From a virus (Duplodnaviria; Caudoviricetes), in the IMG/VR virus record IMGVR_UViG_3300033405_000018, positions 1-59,278 of that record: a DNA stretch of 59,278 nucleotides, one strand, 5' to 3'. Shown here piece by piece: positions 55,703-59,278 of the stretch. How positions within the stretch are numbered: the stretch's first letter is position 1; every line of letters begins with the position of its first letter. Both the position numbers and the translations under genes were made by a program. The notes under the pieces are model-generated. The model was not told the DNA's origin. It searched no databases and worked only from the letters and a program-made list of their open reading frames with translations.

Positions 55703-57072
55703 CAGAACTCCAACTCATCAGGACCAGCAGCATCCCAAGGTTTCTTCTCTTCCACCCCGTCATCGACTTCAGCATCCCGCGTGATTCCGTATTCTACGGT
55801 TGTCTTGACGGTTATGAGGTCTTTGATCCTGTTGTGAATGATCTCGCGTTTGTCGGCTTTGATGTAGCTTTTGAGTTGGCTCCAACCAATTCGGAGATTG
55901 CAGAACCATGGCCGACTTCCACGGCGCGGGATGAGATCCTTCGGATTGGCTTTGGCCCAATCAAGCAACGCATCCAGTATCGGGCTACGTCTCTCGATCT
56001 CTGCTGAGAACAGATTGCTGATGGCGATAATATCGGCGATGAAATCCCCTTCTCCATCATCCACAAACAGCGGTGCGGTCGTTTCTTCGGATGACTTCGG
56101 GCCGTACTTATAGACCTTGCCATTGGCATCCTGGGAGTAGATTGATAATTCTGATCCATCCACCAACTGGTGCAGAACTTTGTCATTCACCGCCTCCATC
56201 GCGCCGTAAACCAGTTTCCAATTCAGCCGCTCTTCCGGCCTCATGTTGAGATTTGGATTGAGCTTCATGATGGGGCATGGATAGGCAACTGGATTCAAGG
56301 TGCAAGGGCAGTATGTACAGTGAGCGCCACCGTGCGCACGTAACGGCTCTTGATTTGCCACTTTCTCATGGATGGCAACTTGGCGCGCACGCGCTCTGCG
56401 CATGTTGTCCATGAGGTCAGGCACGTCTGAGCGGAAATACTTCTTGGTAGTCACTGCGTTAGCGTAACGAACGAAGCGGAGAGAGAACTCGCTCTCTGTC
56501 AGTTCGGGCAAGTGCATCATCACTGCAAGGTCATAACGCTTTCCCTGCACAGTATCGGCGGGAAACGGACGAGGGTGAGTTTTCCAGTCAGGAACAAGTG
56601 CCACCCGGCCGCCGGGCATCACGTACAACTGGTCGATGATGCCGCAGTAGATGGGCTCTTTTCCAGAGTCCTGAATTCCCCATCCTGGCCAGATCGGGAC
56701 TCGCTTTCCGTCGTGGTCATAACTCCATGTCGGCCGAAAGTCTTCGTCAAGTCCGAAGGAGATTTCGGCTCCCATGAAGTTCTGCCAGTCGATGGTTAGA
56801 TTGTCGCGGAAGGACTCAAGGATGCCCCATGCTTCATCACCGATAGCCCTGCAAAGCGATTCGAGATAAGCGAAGTCCGCCGACACCTTCTTGCGCGTGC
56901 AATGCTCGGCGTATGGTGCCAGAACCGCGTGAACGTCCTGGCCGCGCTCGCTTGGCTCAGTGGAGGGAAACTTGACCCCGCCGATCTGCACGAGGTCTGT
57001 ATGAGCGAGTGCGTATCCGTACTCGCAAGCCATCTTGTCTTCTACTGATTGACGCAGTGCAGGGATGTTCAT
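55702..57072 (-). CDS. PD-(D/E)XK (RecB/Cas4-like) nuclease
   Basis: RGQDVH, GIID, PDWKT, HCTYCPC...C cluster. Confidence 0.78.
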   Translation of the reverse strand: MNIPALRQSVEDKMACEYGYALAHTDLVQIGGVKFPSTEPSERGQDVHAVLAPYAEHCTRKKVSADFAYLESLCRAIGDEAWGILESFRDNLTIDWQNFMGAEISFGLDEDFRPTWSYDHDGKRVPIWPGWGIQDSGKEPIYCGIIDQLYVMPGGRVALVPDWKTHPRPFPADTVQGKRYDLAVMMHLPELTESEFSLRFVRYANAVTTKKYFRSDVPDLMDNMRRARARQVAIHEKVANQEPLRAHGGAHCTYCPCTLNPVAYPCPIMKLNPNLNMRPEERLNWKLVYGAMEAVNDKVLHQLVDGSELSIYSQDANGKVYKYGPKSSEETTAPLFVDDGEGDFIADIIAISNLFSAEIERRSPILDALLDWAKANPKDLIPRRGSRPWFCNLRIGWSQLKSYIKADKREIIHNRIKDLITVKTTVEYGITRDAEVDDGVEEKKPWDAAGPDELEF

Positions 57073-57074
57073 CG

Positions 57075-57278
57075 CTATCCCTCCACTGTTACGTTGGCAG
57101 CCTGCAAGCCGTTCGGTCCCTGCTCTTCTTCAAACGAGACCTTCTGGCCTTCCTTGAGTGACTTGTAGCCATCGTGTTGAATGGCTGAGTAGTGGACGAA
57201 GATGTCTTTCTCTCCGTCCTCGCGGCTGATAAAACCGTAGCCTTTTTGGTTGTTAAACCAGATTACCGATCCTTGCAT
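57075..57278 (-). CDS. cspA: Cold-shock protein
   Basis: [17 protein letters not shown]...DIFVHYSAI...GLQAANV (RNP1/RNP2); GAAAGGA RBS. Confidence 0.95.
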   Translation of the reverse strand: MQGSVIWFNNQKGYGFISREDGEKDIFVHYSAIQHDGYKSLKEGQKVSFEEEQGPNGLQAANVTVEG

Positions 57279-57299
57279 GACGTTCCTTTCTGTGTCCTG

Positions 57300-57590
57300 A
57301 TGTTGTAGTGCGCGAACCAGGTAGGCCCTTGTCGCTCGGCATCGCCATCGAAGATGCTCGGGAGTCACGGTTAAGCGATCAGGTCGCTCCATCTGATTCG
57401 CGCACTTTCCGGCCAGCTTACCCACTGGGTATGGCCGAAACTTATGCCGGTCTTTCCCGGCTGCCATGCCCCTGCCACCATTGCAGGATGTGAACCCGAG
57501 CGGGCCTAAGACCCGAACAGGAAGGGATTTGAACCCTATTTGCTCACCCGATCTCGGCAGGCGAGGCGGAGTCGAACCGCACCACACTCA
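57300..57590 (-). ncRNA. Highly structured intergenic RNA with three T-loop-like hairpins
   Basis: GCGG-TTCGACT-CCGC, AGGG-TTCAAAT-CCCT, GGG-TTCACAT-CCT plus several further stems. Confidence 0.5.
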
Positions 57591-57591
57591 A

Positions 57592-58860
57592 TTACCATTC
57601 ATTGAAGCTATCGCTCACCGGAAGCGCACTCTTCTTCGTCTCGACTGGCTTCTCTTGCTCAACAGGACTCGACTGCTTTGCGTCCTGCTGCGGCTCCGGT
57701 TCAGCCGACTCGCGGTGAGTGGGCTTCTGCTCAGTTTGCGCCGTCTTCTGTCCCGTTGATTGGGAAGTCGAAGTCTCTGTCGTACCAGTCTTCGACGTGT
57801 CGCCCTCCTGAGTCTTGCTCTCGCGCTTGCCGCCGTCGTTGCGTTTCTTGGCAACTTCTCCCTCAAGCCATTCGATCAGTTCCTTGGGACGGCCGGCATA
57901 CTTCGCCTTCTTTGTGCGCACCTGCGCCGGGGTGTACTCCAATTCCTTCACCAGGGCCTCAATACGCTCGGCTGAGCCGTCATCCTTTCCTTCGCCCTTG
58001 CTGGCCACGATCTCTGCCCATGTGGTATAGCCTTCCTTGATTCCACCGTACAAGCTGCGCAACTCGTCAAGCTCGGCAGGACTCAAAGCATTTGTGTGTC
58101 CGATGTAATCGTTCAATTGAACCGCAGAAACGCCGATGGAAGCAAAGGCGTCGAAGATTCCAGTTTTCGCCGCGCCTGGGTCTTGTGCATCCTTTTGCGC
58201 TGCGGTCTCGCGAATCTTCGCCTTGCATTCTTCGACGAGCCACCCGTCGATGCAAGCCATAATGACATTGCGCCGAGCCTTTGAAAGTAGAGCATTCCTC
58301 TTCATCAATAGCTCATCATCAGTTGGGACAATGGTAAAGGTTGATTCTCCGTTAGTGTTGGTTCGCTTTGACAGTACAATATCCGAATCTTTCGCATAAC
58401 TGCGCTCAATGCGCTTCGTGACAATCACGATCTCGCTTCCGCCATCGTTGTTTTGATAGTCAGTCGCCTCAACCTGATAAATCTGCTGAGTCTCATCTTC
58501 ACCGAGCGGAGTTACCTCCACGAAGATGTGCCCATAGCAGCGCTTGGCCATCTCGGCAAACCGGATTGTAACGCCCTCGATGTAAACCCTCTTGTTTCCA
58601 CTTCCACGAGGGATTCTGTAGATGGCCACACTGGAGCCGTTTTTGCTCATGTCGGGAGCGCAGAAAGACGGACGGCTGCACTCTCGTATCATCTTCTGCC
58701 GAACCTCTTGTAAGTCAGGTGATCGCGGGGTTCGCAGCGCCATGATGTAGCGGGATTCGATCTTGGCCTTTTCCCGCTGCTGCACCATGGAGATGCTTTG
58801 CTCTTGGTACTCGGCCAGTTTGTCGGCGTCCTGAACTTGCAATGCGTTGGTGTTGTCCAC
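57592..58860 (-). CDS. Phage protein, possibly recombination-associated
   Basis: YRIPRG...IEGVTIRFAEM; lies upstream of the nuclease and SMC ATPase. Function inferred from context only. Confidence 0.55.
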   Translation of the reverse strand: MDNTNALQVQDADKLAEYQEQSISMVQQREKAKIESRYIMALRTPRSPDLQEVRQKMIRECSRPSFCAPDMSKNGSSVAIYRIPRGSGNKRVYIEGVTIRFAEMAKRCYGHIFVEVTPLGEDETQQIYQVEATDYQNNDGGSEIVIVTKRIERSYAKDSDIVLSKRTNTNGESTFTIVPTDDELLMKRNALLSKARRNVIMACIDGWLVEECKAKIRETAAQKDAQDPGAAKTGIFDAFASIGVSAVQLNDYIGHTNALSPAELDELRSLYGGIKEGYTTWAEIVASKGEGKDDGSAERIEALVKELEYTPAQVRTKKAKYAGRPKELIEWLEGEVAKKRNDGGKRESKTQEGDTSKTGTTETSTSQSTGQKTAQTEQKPTHRESAEPEPQQDAKQSSPVEQEKPVETKKSALPVSDSFNEW

Positions 58861-59278
58861 TACTTGCCTTCTTTCTCGAACGGATAGGGGATGATCTCGC
58901 GGATGCCCGTGGCCGTCGCCTTCTGGTAGGCTTCCTCAGCCGGGGCCTTCGCCTTCTGGTAGGCTTCCTCAGCCGGGGCCGTCGCCTTCTGGTAGGCTTC
59001 CCATGCCGGGGCCTTCGCCTTCTGGTAGGCTTCCTCAGCCGTGGCCGTCGCCTTCTGGTAGGCTTCCCATGCCGGGGCCTTCGCCTTCTGGTAGGCTTCC
59101 TCAGCCGGGGCCTTCGCCTTCTGGTAGGCTTCCCATGCCGTGGCCATCGCCTTCTGGTAGGCTTCCTCAGCCGGGGCCGTCGCCTTCTGGTAGGCTTCCC
59201 ATGCCGGGGCCGTCGCCTTCTGGTAGGCTTCCTCAGCCGTGGCCGTCGCCTTCTGGTAGGCTTCCCATGCCGGGGCCT
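58860..59278 (-). CDS. 3' part of the 11-aa-repeat protein
   Basis: Repeats followed by GIREIIPYPFEKEGK*. Confidence 0.8.
   Translation of the reverse strand, partial: APAWEAYQKATATAEEAYQKATAPAWEAYQKATAPAEEAYQKAMATAWEAYQKAKAPAEEAYQKAKAPAWEAYQKATATAEEAYQKAKAPAWEAYQKATAPAEEAYQKAKAPAEEAYQKATATGIREIIPYPFEKEGK
58911..59278. repeat. 33-bp coding tandem repeat (right part); last 38 nt identical to bases 1-38
   Basis: About 11 copies of the same unit. Confidence 0.95.

Noticed and set aside
55702-57072. Cas4 as part of a CRISPR system
   Set aside because: Stand-alone PD-(D/E)XK nucleases are common in phage recombination modules; no array or other cas genes.
57279-57587. N-terminal extension of CspA (170-aa ORF)
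   Set aside because: A clear RBS and ATG at 57278 give a canonical 67-aa Csp; the upstream part looks like structured RNA.
59241-59278. Biological direct terminal repeat
   Set aside because: The 38-nt identity lies inside the tandem array and is more likely an assembly overlap.

Overview
The window looks like an essentially complete ~59.2 kb tailed-phage genome. Bases 1-38 equal 59241-59278, so it is apparently circular, but the join lies inside a 33-bp tandem array. The + strand (~3.5-43.6 kb) carries Dps, a circularly permuted tmRNA, terminase, portal/MuF, an accessory block, protease-scaffold, capsid, a P2/Mu-like contractile tail and baseplate, lysis genes and a strawberry-notch-type helicase. 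The - strand (43.6-59.3 kb and 0-3 kb) carries DNA modification, replication and recombination genes, CspA, a Cro-like HTH, Rha/Ant and RNase H. I found no integrase, CI-type repressor, DNA polymerase or primase. Five signals stand out: (1) a three-copy promoter plus covarying two-hairpin leader RNA in front of the head, tail and fibre/lysis gene blocks; (2) roughly 5-fold genome-wide enrichment of the asymmetric hexamer CAGGAC; (3) a permuted tmRNA with only 3 nt between CCA and the 5' end; (4) two tailspike/fibre-like proteins with Sec signal peptides and paired cysteines; (5) a probable -1 frameshift fusing portal to MuF at the same C-CCT-TTN motif found in the tail chaperone. All calls come from reading motifs by eye. 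No database searches were run and the host is unknown.
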